Notes: generated by a model not told the origin, from the letters alone. A stretch of 27,969 nt of DNA from Planctomycetota bacterium (GCA_038231435.1 JBBRLJ010000055.1:1-27969); one strand, 5' to 3'. Numbered from the stretch's first letter, positions 8,017-17,455 are shown. A program made the numbers and translations.

Positions 8017-8883
8017 ATGCAGGCAGCTCTCGCGACCATGCAGCCCACCCGGCCATCCCCTCCGGCAACGACTGGCACGCCAGCCGTGGCGAATGGCCAT
8101 GCCGCCCAGAGTTCGCCCAACATCTCGCCAACGAAGTCGCCAACAAATGACCAGTTGGTCGCCTTCGCCAGAGACGGCTTCCTGTCGTGGGGCCCGTTGC
8201 TGGCGGGCTCAGAGATCGAGGCGCTGCGCGCCGAATACGACCGCGTCTTCGCCGAGGCGCACGGCAGCGATACCTACCGCAACCTGTCGGTGGGCGACGA
8301 AGCTCGCGCCGACGCGAAGCGCTCGGGACGGCAGATGCTGCAGATCATGCAGATGTGTGAGCGTAGCCTGGCCTTCCGCCGGCTCCTCTACGACGAGCGC
8401 ATCCTCGCGGTGGTGCGCGCGATCATCGGCCCGAACATCATGCTCTTCCACGACCAGGCACTGTTCAAACCGGCGCGGACCGGCGGCGCGGTGTCCTGGC
8501 ACCAGGACAACGGCTACTGGAAATGCGCGCCCGCCAATCTCGTCAGCTGCTGGCTCACCCTCGACGACGTCGTCACCGAGAACGGCGCCATGCAGGTGAT
8601 CCCTGGATCGCACCTCGCGCCCGCCCAGCACGGGCAGGATCCGGGCACCAGCGCACTGCTGCAAGTCCAGGCGATCCCGGTTGAGAAGGCGGTATCGATC
8701 CCCCTGCCGGCCGGAGGGTGCATGTTCCATCACTGCCAAACGCTGCATTACACCGCGCCCAACGACACCGAGCGCCAGCGTCGAGCTCTGGCCATCCATT
8801 ACATGCCGGTCGGAACCACCGACAGCACCGGCAACATCATGCGCGTCAGCTGGGCGCGCCCGCAGGTCTGCTCGTCGATGTGA
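8017..8883 (+). CDS. PhyH family Fe(II)/2-oxoglutarate dioxygenase (more distant paralogue)
   Basis: AFARDGFL, FHDQALFKPARTGGAVSWHQDNGYW, NGAMQVIPGSH, FHHCQTLHYTAPN, RRALAIHY. GAGG SD before ATG 8017 (ATG 8038 is an alternative). Confidence 0.92.
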   Translation: MQAALATMQPTRPSPPATTGTPAVANGHAAQSSPNISPTKSPTNDQLVAFARDGFLSWGPLLAGSEIEALRAEYDRVFAEAHGSDTYRNLSVGDEARADAKRSGRQMLQIMQMCERSLAFRRLLYDERILAVVRAIIGPNIMLFHDQALFKPARTGGAVSWHQDNGYWKCAPANLVSCWLTLDDVVTENGAMQVIPGSHLAPAQHGQDPGTSALLQVQAIPVEKAVSIPLPAGGCMFHHCQTLHYTAPNDTERQRRALAIHYMPVGTTDSTGNIMRVSWARPQVCSSM

Positions 8884-8908
8884 AGCCGCCGATGCGCCGA
8901 TGTTCGGA

Positions 8909-10540
8909 TCAGGGCTGGGTCGAATCCGGCGTGGCCGCGGTACCGTCGAAGAACGCCTGGTACTTGGGCCAGCTGTAGTCCGCGATCGCGCGGCCAAGCT
9001 TGAGGCCTTCGTCGTTGTCGTATGGGATGTGGTAGCCGCCGAGCGCGCGCGACAGCGCCGCCATCTCGGCCGTCGCCGTGAACGTCGGCAGGGACAGCAC
9101 CTCTTCCTCGGTCTTGGGCACGCCCTTGGCGGCCACCCCCTCCACCGATTGCATCACGTCCATGTCGCAGCTGGCCTCGGTCAGCAGGCCCGCCTTGCGC
9201 CGCTCGACCGCGCCGAAGCGGTCGGAGCCGGTGAAGCGCTCGAGTATGCGCGCCGAGGCTCCGCTCACCGTCGCGTGCCCCGACGGGAAGCCCGGGAACG
9301 GCGGGGTGATGAAGGTCGACGGCGAGTACGGACGCCAATCCTCGGCGGGCATGGTCACCACGCCCTTGCACGGTCCGGCCCAACCCTGCACCGTCTGTCC
9401 CTTGTAATAGTAGCGCACCAGCGTCCATGGGCGCGAGCTATCGTAGAAGCGCTTCGTCTCCCAGCAGGCGATGAAGCCGTCGAAGCAGATGTTGGCGACT
9501 GAGAAGAACAGCTTCACGTCGCGGTCGAGGTCGTACTGGTCGCGACGCGAGACGTCTTCCGCGAAACGCATCCAATGCCCCGACTGGCCGGTGGAGCGCG
9601 GACCATCGCGCATGAACTCGACGAGCGCCTTCTGCTCCAAGGTCAGGCCGCGGTTGTATTCCAGGACCTTGTCGACCTCCTTCTTGAGCGCGTCCGATCC
9701 GACCTTGGGCGGCCCCGGCGGCCGGAACTGCTCGGCGCTGGTGAGGACGAACGGCTTGACCTTGTACCAATGGGGCGTGAGGAATCCGGGCGTGAGCTTT
9801 CCGCCCTTGCCATCGTCGAACACGATCGGCTGCCAGCGGTCGGGATCGACGCAGGTGTCGGCGGTGTTCTTGCACGCGTAGGCGGTGTAGTCGGAATACG
9901 GCTTGCCGTCGCTGCCCGCTTCGTCGCCCAGCTGGTTGGCGCCATCGTGGGCACGATAGTCGATGAGTGCCGCGGCGACGGAGTTGCCGATGCCGGTAGG
10001 CGTGGCGGTGTCGGTGCTGGTGTCCGCCGGGTCATAGCCCATGGCGACCATGCGCTCGGTCATCCACCCCGCGTCCTCGGGATAGATGAAGAGCAGGCAG
10101 CGGTACGCGGCGTAGGCGATCGCCGTCTCCTTGTTCTCGAGTGTGCGCTGCCCTAGCGGACGGCGCAGGGCGCCACCGAGCCTCGTGCCCACGGCCTTCT
10201 CATCGTAGGCCGCCCAGGCGTCGTACATCGCGGTCGCGGTGATGGCCATCTCGCGCGAGATGATGGTGGGACGGGCACCGACGCGGTCGACGCGGCGTGC
10301 GGCGGCCTCCTCGATGATGTCGATCCAGCGGTAGGCGGCGCTGGCGTGCGGATTCGGAGCTGCGTGGGGAAATGACGCTGGCGCGGCCGATATCGGGGCG
10401 GCGAGCGACACGCCCGCGTCCGGTCGAAAGGCAGGGTTCCCGCACCCGCTCACCAGGGCCAGAGCCATGGCGGCAATCGCGGCGACACCGAGTCGTTCTC
10501 GCGTGGTGGGGGCATGGCTGACACATGCCGGCATCGTCAT
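8909..10540 (-). CDS. Vanadium-dependent haloperoxidase-like / PAP2 superfamily lipoprotein, ~543 aa
   Basis: All three PAP2/VHPO motifs: KRFYDSSRP (K-x6-RP), FPSGH, SRALGGYHIPYD (SR-x5-H-x3-D). Large N-terminal helical region; lipobox LVSG-C33; GAGG SD before ATG 10540. Confidence 0.85.
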   Translation of the reverse strand: MTMPACVSHAPTTRERLGVAAIAAMALALVSGCGNPAFRPDAGVSLAAPISAAPASFPHAAPNPHASAAYRWIDIIEEAAARRVDRVGARPTIISREMAITATAMYDAWAAYDEKAVGTRLGGALRRPLGQRTLENKETAIAYAAYRCLLFIYPEDAGWMTERMVAMGYDPADTSTDTATPTGIGNSVAAALIDYRAHDGANQLGDEAGSDGKPYSDYTAYACKNTADTCVDPDRWQPIVFDDGKGGKLTPGFLTPHWYKVKPFVLTSAEQFRPPGPPKVGSDALKKEVDKVLEYNRGLTLEQKALVEFMRDGPRSTGQSGHWMRFAEDVSRRDQYDLDRDVKLFFSVANICFDGFIACWETKRFYDSSRPWTLVRYYYKGQTVQGWAGPCKGVVTMPAEDWRPYSPSTFITPPFPGFPSGHATVSGASARILERFTGSDRFGAVERRKAGLLTEASCDMDVMQSVEGVAAKGVPKTEEEVLSLPTFTATAEMAALSRALGGYHIPYDNDEGLKLGRAIADYSWPKYQAFFDGTAATPDSTQP

Positions 10541-10679
10541 GGAAGGACCTCGGTAAGCGGCGAGCGTACAGCAGGAGCGCGACCCGCACGTCGGCTCGCG
10601 GAGCCTCGGACCGGGCTCACTCAGCATGACTCCATCGGCCCCTCCATCCGGACAGCCCGGTGAAGGGGTATGGCCTCGA

Positions 10680-12071
10680 TCAGAACTGCACCTGGAACTG
10701 GGTCTCGACCACCTGCTCGTCCTGCAGGTCGCGCACGCCGCCGACGCCGTTCGGAGCGCCGCCGTCGAAGCGCGTGTCCTCGACATCCACCTGGAGCTTG
10801 AGATTACGCGACAGATACCAGTTCACCCCGACGCCATAGCAGGTCGCCGAATGGACCGACGCGGCGGGATCGGCGAACACGGGGAAGGCCGCGCTGTCGA
10901 TGTCGAGCCGCGCGATGCGCAGCGCGACTTCCCAGGCTCCGAGGGTGCCGGCCTTCACATCGAAGGGCTGCTTGGGGATGACGCCGGTGTACGACGCGTC
11001 CTCGCCGGTGAGCACCCAGCCGGTCTGCACCGCCCAGCCGGTGTTGTGCAGGCTGGTGCGGTTGCCGGCGAGGTTGACCGATTGCCGGGTGGTGACGTAT
11101 TCTCCCTGGATGCCGAACGGCCCCGCGTACCAGAAGGCCTGCGGGACGAGGCGCCAATGCCAGCCATCGGCGACGACGGTGTTGGCAAGCGTCGGCACAG
11201 CGCCCTTGCGGTAGGTGAAGATGTTGCTGGCCAGACCGGGCACCGATTCGCCAGAGGTCTTGTAGACCGGCAGGCTGGTGTTGCCCGCGGTGCCGGAATC
11301 CTCCTCGACCGTGCCGGCGATGCCGAAGCCGAGACCCTTGAGCATGCGCTCGCCACCCTTGAACGGGGTGATGAAGACGCGGCCGGCGAAGGCCTTGTCG
11401 TCGTTGTTGTCGGTGTCACGGCTGCCCGCGTCGACCGAGCCGTCGAACATGCCGAGGGCGTAATCGAGCTTACCGCCGATCACCGAGCCGAAAGCCTGCA
11501 CGCCCACATCGCGGTCGGGCAGCAGCTGGGTGGCGAGCGAGCGCTCGATGAACAGCATCTTCGCGTCCGACTGCAGGCGTTCGAGCCCGGTCGGCTCCTT
11601 GAACTTGCCGGCCTGGATGACGAATTGGCCGGGAACGATGCGCAGCTGGATGTTGGCGTCCTGCAGCAACGCGTTGCCGGTGGCCAGGTCGGCCATGACG
11701 AAATAACCGACGTATTGGCCGAGGCTACCCTCGAACAGCACCCGCATGCGTTTGACGAACAGGCTGTTGTTCTCGGGGCGGTCGTCATCGGTCAGATAGA
11801 CCTTCGATGCCACCTGTGCGTAGCCGCCGATGTGCAGGGTGTAAGTGTCATCGGCCGAGGCGATGACGAACCCGCCAGGGCCGGCCTTGACCACGCCGAG
11901 GGTTTCCGACGCGGCTGGCGCGGCCTGATGCGCCTTCAGGTCGCGCACCTGCTGTTCGAGCGCGTCCATGCGCTTCTGGAGATCGGCGTTGCTCGGCTGG
12001 TCCTCGCCCCAGACAGACGCAGAAGCGACGGCGAGCAGGGTGGATACGACGATCAGTGGATGGCGCGACAT
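10680..12071 (-). CDS. Phosphate-selective porin OprO/OprP family
   Basis: Signal peptide plus coiled coil, GKFKEPTGLERLQS..FIERSL..PDRDVGVQ, GAWEVALR, GVNWYL, terminal FQVQF. Start ATG 12071 after AAAGG. Confidence 0.9.
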   Translation of the reverse strand: MSRHPLIVVSTLLAVASASVWGEDQPSNADLQKRMDALEQQVRDLKAHQAAPAASETLGVVKAGPGGFVIASADDTYTLHIGGYAQVASKVYLTDDDRPENNSLFVKRMRVLFEGSLGQYVGYFVMADLATGNALLQDANIQLRIVPGQFVIQAGKFKEPTGLERLQSDAKMLFIERSLATQLLPDRDVGVQAFGSVIGGKLDYALGMFDGSVDAGSRDTDNNDDKAFAGRVFITPFKGGERMLKGLGFGIAGTVEEDSGTAGNTSLPVYKTSGESVPGLASNIFTYRKGAVPTLANTVVADGWHWRLVPQAFWYAGPFGIQGEYVTTRQSVNLAGNRTSLHNTGWAVQTGWVLTGEDASYTGVIPKQPFDVKAGTLGAWEVALRIARLDIDSAAFPVFADPAASVHSATCYGVGVNWYLSRNLKLQVDVEDTRFDGGAPNGVGGVRDLQDEQVVETQFQVQF

Positions 12072-12182
12072 GGCGACCTTTCGCGATGATTCGGAGGGGT
12101 TTCTATGCGGAACCATGGGATTCCGAGTGGAGCGCGCAAGCGCAAGTCCCGCCGCAGCCTGCCGGCGCTGCCTCGCGGCGCG

Positions 12183-13265
12183 TCAGGCGCCGAAACAGAA
12201 ACGCATGGCGACCATCAGGCACCATGCGATCAAGGCGCTCAGCGGCAGGGTCAGCACCCAGGCGATAAGGATGTTGATCGCCACGCCCCAACGCACCGCA
12301 TTGATGCGCTTGCTCGCGCCCGCGCCCATGATGGCCGAACTGATGTTGTGCGTGGTCGAGACCGGAATGCCGAGGTGGCTCGCCGAGAGGATGACTGCGG
12401 TGCCGCTGGTCTGGGCCGCGAAGCCCTGCAGGGGTGAAATGCGGATGATCTTCGAGCCCATGGTCTTGATGATGCGTTTGCCGCCAGCCATGGTGCCGAG
12501 CGCCATCGCCAGCGCGCACGCGATCACGACCCAGTACGGCACGTCGAACACCTGCTTGCCCTTCTCGTCGTGCGAAGCTGGCAGCAGCCATGATGCGTGG
12601 TCCGACATCCATGCGGGCATGGCCGGCAACGCTCCTCCCTGATGCGCGAGGATGAAGGCGCCGAGCGACAGCGTGATCACACCCATGGCCTTCTGCGCGT
12701 CGTTCATGCCGTGCGAGATCGCCAGCGTGGCCGCCGAGACCACCTGCATCAGCCGGGCGCCGCGGTTGACGGTGCCAGGGCGCATGCGCCGCACGATCCA
12801 TAGCAGTCCGATCATCAGCAGGAGCGCGGTGAGGAAGCCGATCACCGGCGCAACCATCAGCGGTACCAGCACCTTCTGGTAGACCCCTTCCCACTTCACG
12901 AACGACCAGCCCTTGTGCGCGATCACCGCACCGCAGATGCCGCCGACCAGCGCGTGCGAGGAGCTCGACGGAATCCCGTACCACCAGGTTATCAGGTTCC
13001 AGATGCTGGCGCCGAGCAGCGCCGCGAGGATCACCATCTGCGTCACATTCGCGGGATCCGCGATGCCGCCTGCGAGGAACTTCGCCACCGCGGTGCCGAA
13101 CAGCGCGCCAAGCAGGTTGCAGACCGCCGCCATAAGCACCGCGGCGCGCAGCGACATCACGCCGGTGCCGACGCTGGTGGCGATGGCGTTGGCGGTGTCG
13201 TGGAAGCCGTTGATGTAGTCGAACACCAGCGCGGCGACGATCACCAGCACCAGCAGTTCAACCAT
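12183..13265 (-). CDS. pit: Inorganic phosphate transporter, PiT family
   Basis: NGFHDTANAIATSV, GIPSSSSHALVG, SHGMNDAQKAMG, GIPVSTTH signature motifs. Confidence 0.95.
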   Translation of the reverse strand: MVELLVLVIVAALVFDYINGFHDTANAIATSVGTGVMSLRAAVLMAAVCNLLGALFGTAVAKFLAGGIADPANVTQMVILAALLGASIWNLITWWYGIPSSSSHALVGGICGAVIAHKGWSFVKWEGVYQKVLVPLMVAPVIGFLTALLLMIGLLWIVRRMRPGTVNRGARLMQVVSAATLAISHGMNDAQKAMGVITLSLGAFILAHQGGALPAMPAWMSDHASWLLPASHDEKGKQVFDVPYWVVIACALAMALGTMAGGKRIIKTMGSKIIRISPLQGFAAQTSGTAVILSASHLGIPVSTTHNISSAIMGAGASKRINAVRWGVAINILIAWVLTLPLSALIAWCLMVAMRFCFGA

Positions 13266-13896
13266 GTTTGACCGCGATGTTGGTGATCAGTTCGGCGGTC
13301 TGGTCGCAGCGGTTGATGGCCTTCTCGAGATCCTCGAGCACCTCGCGCTCGCGCAGGATGGTCTTGGCGTCGATCGACGGATCGTGGAACAGGGTGCTCA
13401 ACGCGTCGCGGAAGACCCCGTCGCCGTCCTTCTCGATCGCGGCGATACTGCGGCTGGCCTCGACCAGTTCGACGTAGGCGTGCTGGCGCAGCTTGGGCAC
13501 GATCTCGTTCAGCAGCGCCGTGCATTCGACCAGCTTGTCGATCTGCAGGAGCATCGGCTTGGTCGGCTTCTCGACGCCGAACAGCACGCAGGCGCGCGCG
13601 GCGGCGTTGGTCATGTCGAGGATGTCGTCGAGGCGCTTGGACAGGCGCTGCATGTCCTCGCGGTCGATCGGGGTGACGAAGCTGCGCGCGAGCGCGTCGA
13701 GCATCTGGTGCACGATCACGTCGCCCTCGTGCTCGATGTCCTGCACCTGCTCGCGGATCCCCTGGGCGGTTGTGGTGCCGTCCTTGTACTTCGCCAGCAC
13801 CTTGGCGGCGCGGTGGGCGGCTGCTGCCTGGCGCTCCAGGAAGTCGTAGAAGTGGTCCTCCTTGGGGAGGAGGAAGCGCAGGATGGATTGGATCAT
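13258..13896 (-). CDS. DUF47 family PhoU-like phosphate transport regulator
   Basis: LLPKEDHFYDFL, IEHEGD, SFVTPIDREDM..LDDILD, IEKDGD, LEKAINRCD; overlaps the pit start by 8 nt. Confidence 0.93.
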   Translation of the reverse strand: MIQSILRFLLPKEDHFYDFLERQAAAAHRAAKVLAKYKDGTTTAQGIREQVQDIEHEGDVIVHQMLDALARSFVTPIDREDMQRLSKRLDDILDMTNAAARACVLFGVEKPTKPMLLQIDKLVECTALLNEIVPKLRQHAYVELVEASRSIAAIEKDGDGVFRDALSTLFHDPSIDAKTILREREVLEDLEKAINRCDQTAELITNIAVKHG

Positions 13897-13994
13897 GGGG
13901 CGACAGCCAACCAGGGCCTGGCTGTCGATCAAGGCCTATACCGAAACTCCTCCGGGAACATGGCTTCCAGGAATCGGCGCGCACCCTCGGGCGG

Positions 13995-15056
13995 TCAGCC
14001 CGGGTACCAGATCTTGCGCGGATCCGCGGGTGAGCGCTGGTAGTCCCAAGCGTCATCGATGAGTTTGGCCAGGTCGTAGCGTGGACGCCAGCCGAGCAGG
14101 AACCGGGCCTTGGCGTTGTCGAGCCAGGTGGCATGGAACGGCGTGGCCAGGTCAGCCGAGGGCAGGCCGCGAGTGCGCGCGAGGTGCTCGGCGACGCGGC
14201 GGTATTCGACCGGCTCGTCCATGCAGATGTTCATCGTCTGCTGGCGCGCCTTGGGATGGTCGAGCGCAAGGACGATGGCCTCGACCAGGTCGGTGACGTG
14301 GACGAAATTGCGCTGCAGCGGCTGACCGTTCGGATCGAGCAGCACCGGCACGGTGCCGGCGCGGCGATACGCCGCCGCCTTGGCAGCGCCGACCCAGTCC
14401 TTCCAGCGGTCGCCGCCGAAGCAGTCGTCGCCAAAGGACAGCGAGTAGCGGAAGTCGTCCTTCTCCATGATCCACGGCGCACGCAGGCAGCAGCCGTCGA
14501 GATCGTACTGCACGTAGTACTGCTCGAGCATCGCCTCCTCGAGCACCTTCGAGAGCGCGTAGCAGCCCTTGTAGGCGCTGTGGCGCTGGGTCTCGGTCAC
14601 AGGGATCGGATGCGGATAGATGAAGTGCCCTACCGCCGCGTCGCCGCCGATCAGAACGAAGCGCTCGAACTGTTTCGCGCTGCGACACTCCTCGAGCAGC
14701 CAGAACAATCCCTTCACGGTGACGTCCATGACGTCCTCGGGGATCTCCTTGCAGGTCGCCAGGTGCACGACATGGGTGACCCCGGCCATCGCCTTCGCCA
14801 CCGCCGTGCGGTCGCTGATCGAGCCGTGCGCGATCTCGAGGCGTGGGTGCTTCGGCGGCACGCGGTTGTGGCACAAGGCGCGGATGGTGAAGCCCGCGAA
14901 GCGCCGCTCGGCGAGCAGGCGCTCGATCAGCACCGTTCCGACTTTGCCGGTCGCTCCGGTGACCAGGATCCTGCCGCGGCGCGAGCCGGCCGCGCGCTGG
15001 TCCGGCGCTTTGGCCTTGTTCTTCGCGCCCGTCGATCCGTTGACTCGCTTCGCCAT
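13995..15056 (-). CDS. NAD-dependent epimerase/dehydratase (extended SDR)
   Basis: ILVTGATGKVG, VVHLA, YALSK (YxxxK), RNFVHVTDLV, KARFLLGWRP; GGAGG SD (start 15056 or 15062). Confidence 0.9.
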   Translation of the reverse strand: MAKRVNGSTGAKNKAKAPDQRAAGSRRGRILVTGATGKVGTVLIERLLAERRFAGFTIRALCHNRVPPKHPRLEIAHGSISDRTAVAKAMAGVTHVVHLATCKEIPEDVMDVTVKGLFWLLEECRSAKQFERFVLIGGDAAVGHFIYPHPIPVTETQRHSAYKGCYALSKVLEEAMLEQYYVQYDLDGCCLRAPWIMEKDDFRYSLSFGDDCFGGDRWKDWVGAAKAAAYRRAGTVPVLLDPNGQPLQRNFVHVTDLVEAIVLALDHPKARQQTMNICMDEPVEYRRVAEHLARTRGLPSADLATPFHATWLDNAKARFLLGWRPRYDLAKLIDDAWDYQRSPADPRKIWYPG

Positions 15057-15167
15057 GCCCATCGCCTCCGGTATTCGCGCGCCGCTGGCGGCGGACGCGG
15101 CAGTGAAGAATGGACGACGCTACCCGCGCGCCGACCACCGCCATGGTCGGGCGCATACGAGATCTGG

Positions 15168-16499
15168 TCAGGCGGGGGGAGGCATCGGCGCAGCCGCCAC
15201 CGTGGCCTTGGCCGCGCCATCAGCATCGACATCGAGTCCGGCCATGCGCCGCACCTGCGGGTACAGGAACTCGCGCAGCAGGATGCGCGCGGTCGCGGCC
15301 AGCGGCACCGCGAGCAGCGCGCCCGGCGTGCCGAACAGCGCGCCGAACGAGAAGATCGCGACCACCAGGATGACCGGGTGCATCTCGACTCCATGGCCCA
15401 TGATCACTGCGATCAGCACCGGCTCGAGCCCCTGCACGACCAGATAGGTCGCGCCGGCCGCCAGGTACTGCCACTGCTCGGCGCCGCTGAGGTAGAGCAG
15501 CATGCACACCGGCGCCAGCACCAGCGCCGGCGCGAGCGGGATCGCGGTCGCAAAGCCCATGACCGCCGCGAGCACGAACCAGCTCGGCACCCGTCCGATG
15601 GCGAAGCCGATTCCGGCGATGATGCCCAGGATCAGGCAGATCAGCACGCGCCCGCGGAAGAACGCGCCCACCACCTGATTGATCTCAGCGAAGATGCGCA
15701 GCGTGCGCTCGCGGTGGGTGAGCGGCACGTGCTCCATGATGGTGCGGCTCACCATCGGCAAGTTGAGCGAGAAGAAGTAGCCGTAGATCGGGATCAGCAA
15801 CAGCACCAGCAGCCAGAAGCCGATCTTCCCGAAGATGTCGAGCGTCTTGTGCAGCACGCTGCGATCTCCCGCGCGCAGCGTGCGGGAGATGCTCTTGGCC
15901 TGCTCCTTCAGCCAGCTCTGGGGATCGAAATCCGGCCCTTCCTCGTCCGCGGCCGATGCCGGGTGATCGCCCGTGGAGTCGGCGGTCGGCACCGCCGGAA
16001 CGGCGGCGCCATCCACGACTGGCGGGGCCGAGGCCGCAGAGGAGATCAGCCCGCGCGCCACCAGGAAATCGTGGCCCGCCTTGAGGTAGCTCGGATCCGC
16101 CTTGCCGTTGCCGTTGATGTCGCGGATCAGCGGTTCGCCTTCTTCCCACTTCCCGTTGCCGTCGACGTCCTTCCACGAGTCTCCAAGCACCGCGCCCTGG
16201 TAGAGGATGCGCCCCTCGTGCCACGCCTTGGGTATGCCCACCGCCAGCGTCACCAGCAGCACCAGCGCGCCGGAACCGAACACCAGGCTGGTGGCGAGTC
16301 GACGCGACATGCCGCGTCGGGTCATGTAGTTGATCACCGGATCGAGCATGTAGGCGAGGATCAGGCCCACGAGCACGGGCGTCAGAACGCTGGATAGCCG
16401 CGTGATCAGCCAGAAGAATGCGACGATGCCGAGGCCTTCGAGCACCACGCGCGCCCAGCGGTGCTGGAGGAGGTCGAGAAAGCCCGGTTTGCTGTCCAT
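15168..16499 (-). CDS. AI-2E family transporter (PerM/YhhT-like) with an EF-hand-like insertion
   Basis: LTPVLVGLILAYMLDPVI, INQVVGAFFRG, VVQGLEP..MGHGVEMHPVILVVAIF..G.LFG..GALLAVPLAA. Confidence 0.9.
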   Translation of the reverse strand: MDSKPGFLDLLQHRWARVVLEGLGIVAFFWLITRLSSVLTPVLVGLILAYMLDPVINYMTRRGMSRRLATSLVFGSGALVLLVTLAVGIPKAWHEGRILYQGAVLGDSWKDVDGNGKWEEGEPLIRDINGNGKADPSYLKAGHDFLVARGLISSAASAPPVVDGAAVPAVPTADSTGDHPASAADEEGPDFDPQSWLKEQAKSISRTLRAGDRSVLHKTLDIFGKIGFWLLVLLLIPIYGYFFSLNLPMVSRTIMEHVPLTHRERTLRIFAEINQVVGAFFRGRVLICLILGIIAGIGFAIGRVPSWFVLAAVMGFATAIPLAPALVLAPVCMLLYLSGAEQWQYLAAGATYLVVQGLEPVLIAVIMGHGVEMHPVILVVAIFSFGALFGTPGALLAVPLAATARILLREFLYPQVRRMAGLDVDADGAAKATVAAAPMPPPA

Positions 16500-16624
16500 G
16501 GCGGGGAGTGTGGAGGCATCCGCCCATGGTTCCAGGCGGGCCTTCGGCAGGGCGGCCGCCCGGGATCAGCTCATGGCCGAGCTGCGGCGGCCGGCGACCG
16601 CAGGCGTGAGCATGCGCGGGCGGC

Positions 16625-17455
16625 CTAGCGCGGCGCCGCGCCGCCGCGCTTCCGGTAGCCGCGCGGCGTATCGCCGGCATGCCGGCGGAATACCCGCGTG
16701 AACCAGATCGGATTCTGGAAACCCACGGCGGCCGAGACCTCGGCGATCGGCCGACCGGTCATCAGCAGCAGTTCGCGAGCCTGGCTGACGCGCTGCTGCT
16801 CGAGGTAGCCCATCGGGGTCATCCCCACCTGCGCGCGGAACAGGTGCGACAGACGCGACGGCGACATATCGCAGACGCGCGCCAGCGCGTCGAGCCGCAT
16901 CGGCTGTTCGAGGTTCGCGCACAGGTGGTCGAGCGCGCGCTGGATGCGCGGATCCATGCTCGCCTGCGCCGAGTCGGGATTGGCGGCGTCGCACCACAGC
17001 AGCAACTGCTCGAGCGCGCTCATGGCCAGCGCAACCCTGCGCTTCAATGGTGCGTGCGACAGGCGCTCGACCTCCTGGAAGAGTGCGACGATACGAGCGC
17101 GCTGCTCGCTGCGCGCGAGATCGAGGCGCAGGATGCCCGGCGAGGCCTCGGGCCACGCCAGCCACTCGAACCACGACGCGCGCGGAAAGAAGTACACCCA
17201 CAGGTGAGTCCAGCGCTTCGTGAGCGGATCGGAATGGTAATCGTGCGCGACCCCGGGCTTGAACAGCAGCAGATGTCCCGGCTCGGCCGTGAAGCGGCGT
17301 TCGCCGCGATTGATCCGCCCGCGGCCGTCGACGGTGTAGTTGAGGATCCAGCCATCCATGCCGTGCTCGCGGAACACCGCGCGATCGTCGCTCTCGACGA
17401 TCTCGGTGCGTCCGGCGACCAGCTCCTTGTGGAAGGAGACCAGCTGGGGTTTCAT
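16625..17455 (-). CDS. araC: Arabinose-operon-type regulator AraC
   Basis: Close match to E. coli AraC blocks: SFHKELVAGRT, RE.GMDGWILNYTVDGRG, PGHLLLFKPG.AHDY, WTHLWVYFFPRASWFEWLAWP, SPSRLSHLFRAQVG, QRVSQARELL, FTRVFRR. Start ATG 17455. Confidence 0.85.
   Translation of the reverse strand: MKPQLVSFHKELVAGRTEIVESDDRAVFREHGMDGWILNYTVDGRGRINRGERRFTAEPGHLLLFKPGVAHDYHSDPLTKRWTHLWVYFFPRASWFEWLAWPEASPGILRLDLARSEQRARIVALFQEVERLSHAPLKRRVALAMSALEQLLLWCDAANPDSAQASMDPRIQRALDHLCANLEQPMRLDALARVCDMSPSRLSHLFRAQVGMTPMGYLEQQRVSQARELLLMTGRPIAEVSAAVGFQNPIWFTRVFRRHAGDTPRGYRKRGGAAPR

Noticed and set aside
3237..8883. PhyH proteins as Fe/2OG halogenases cooperating with the neighbouring haloperoxidase
   Set aside because: All three have HQD (hydroxylase-type HxD), not the HxG/HxA of halogenases, and the VHPO-like gene is convergent in a separate unit.
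10626..12089. 487-aa + strand ORF opposite the porin
   Set aside because: Shadow ORF caused by high-GC codon bias; no recognisable motifs.
14133..16397. 754-aa + strand ORF opposite the epimerase and AI-2E genes
   Set aside because: Antisense to two well-supported genes and Arg/His-rich; typical stop-poor shadow frame.
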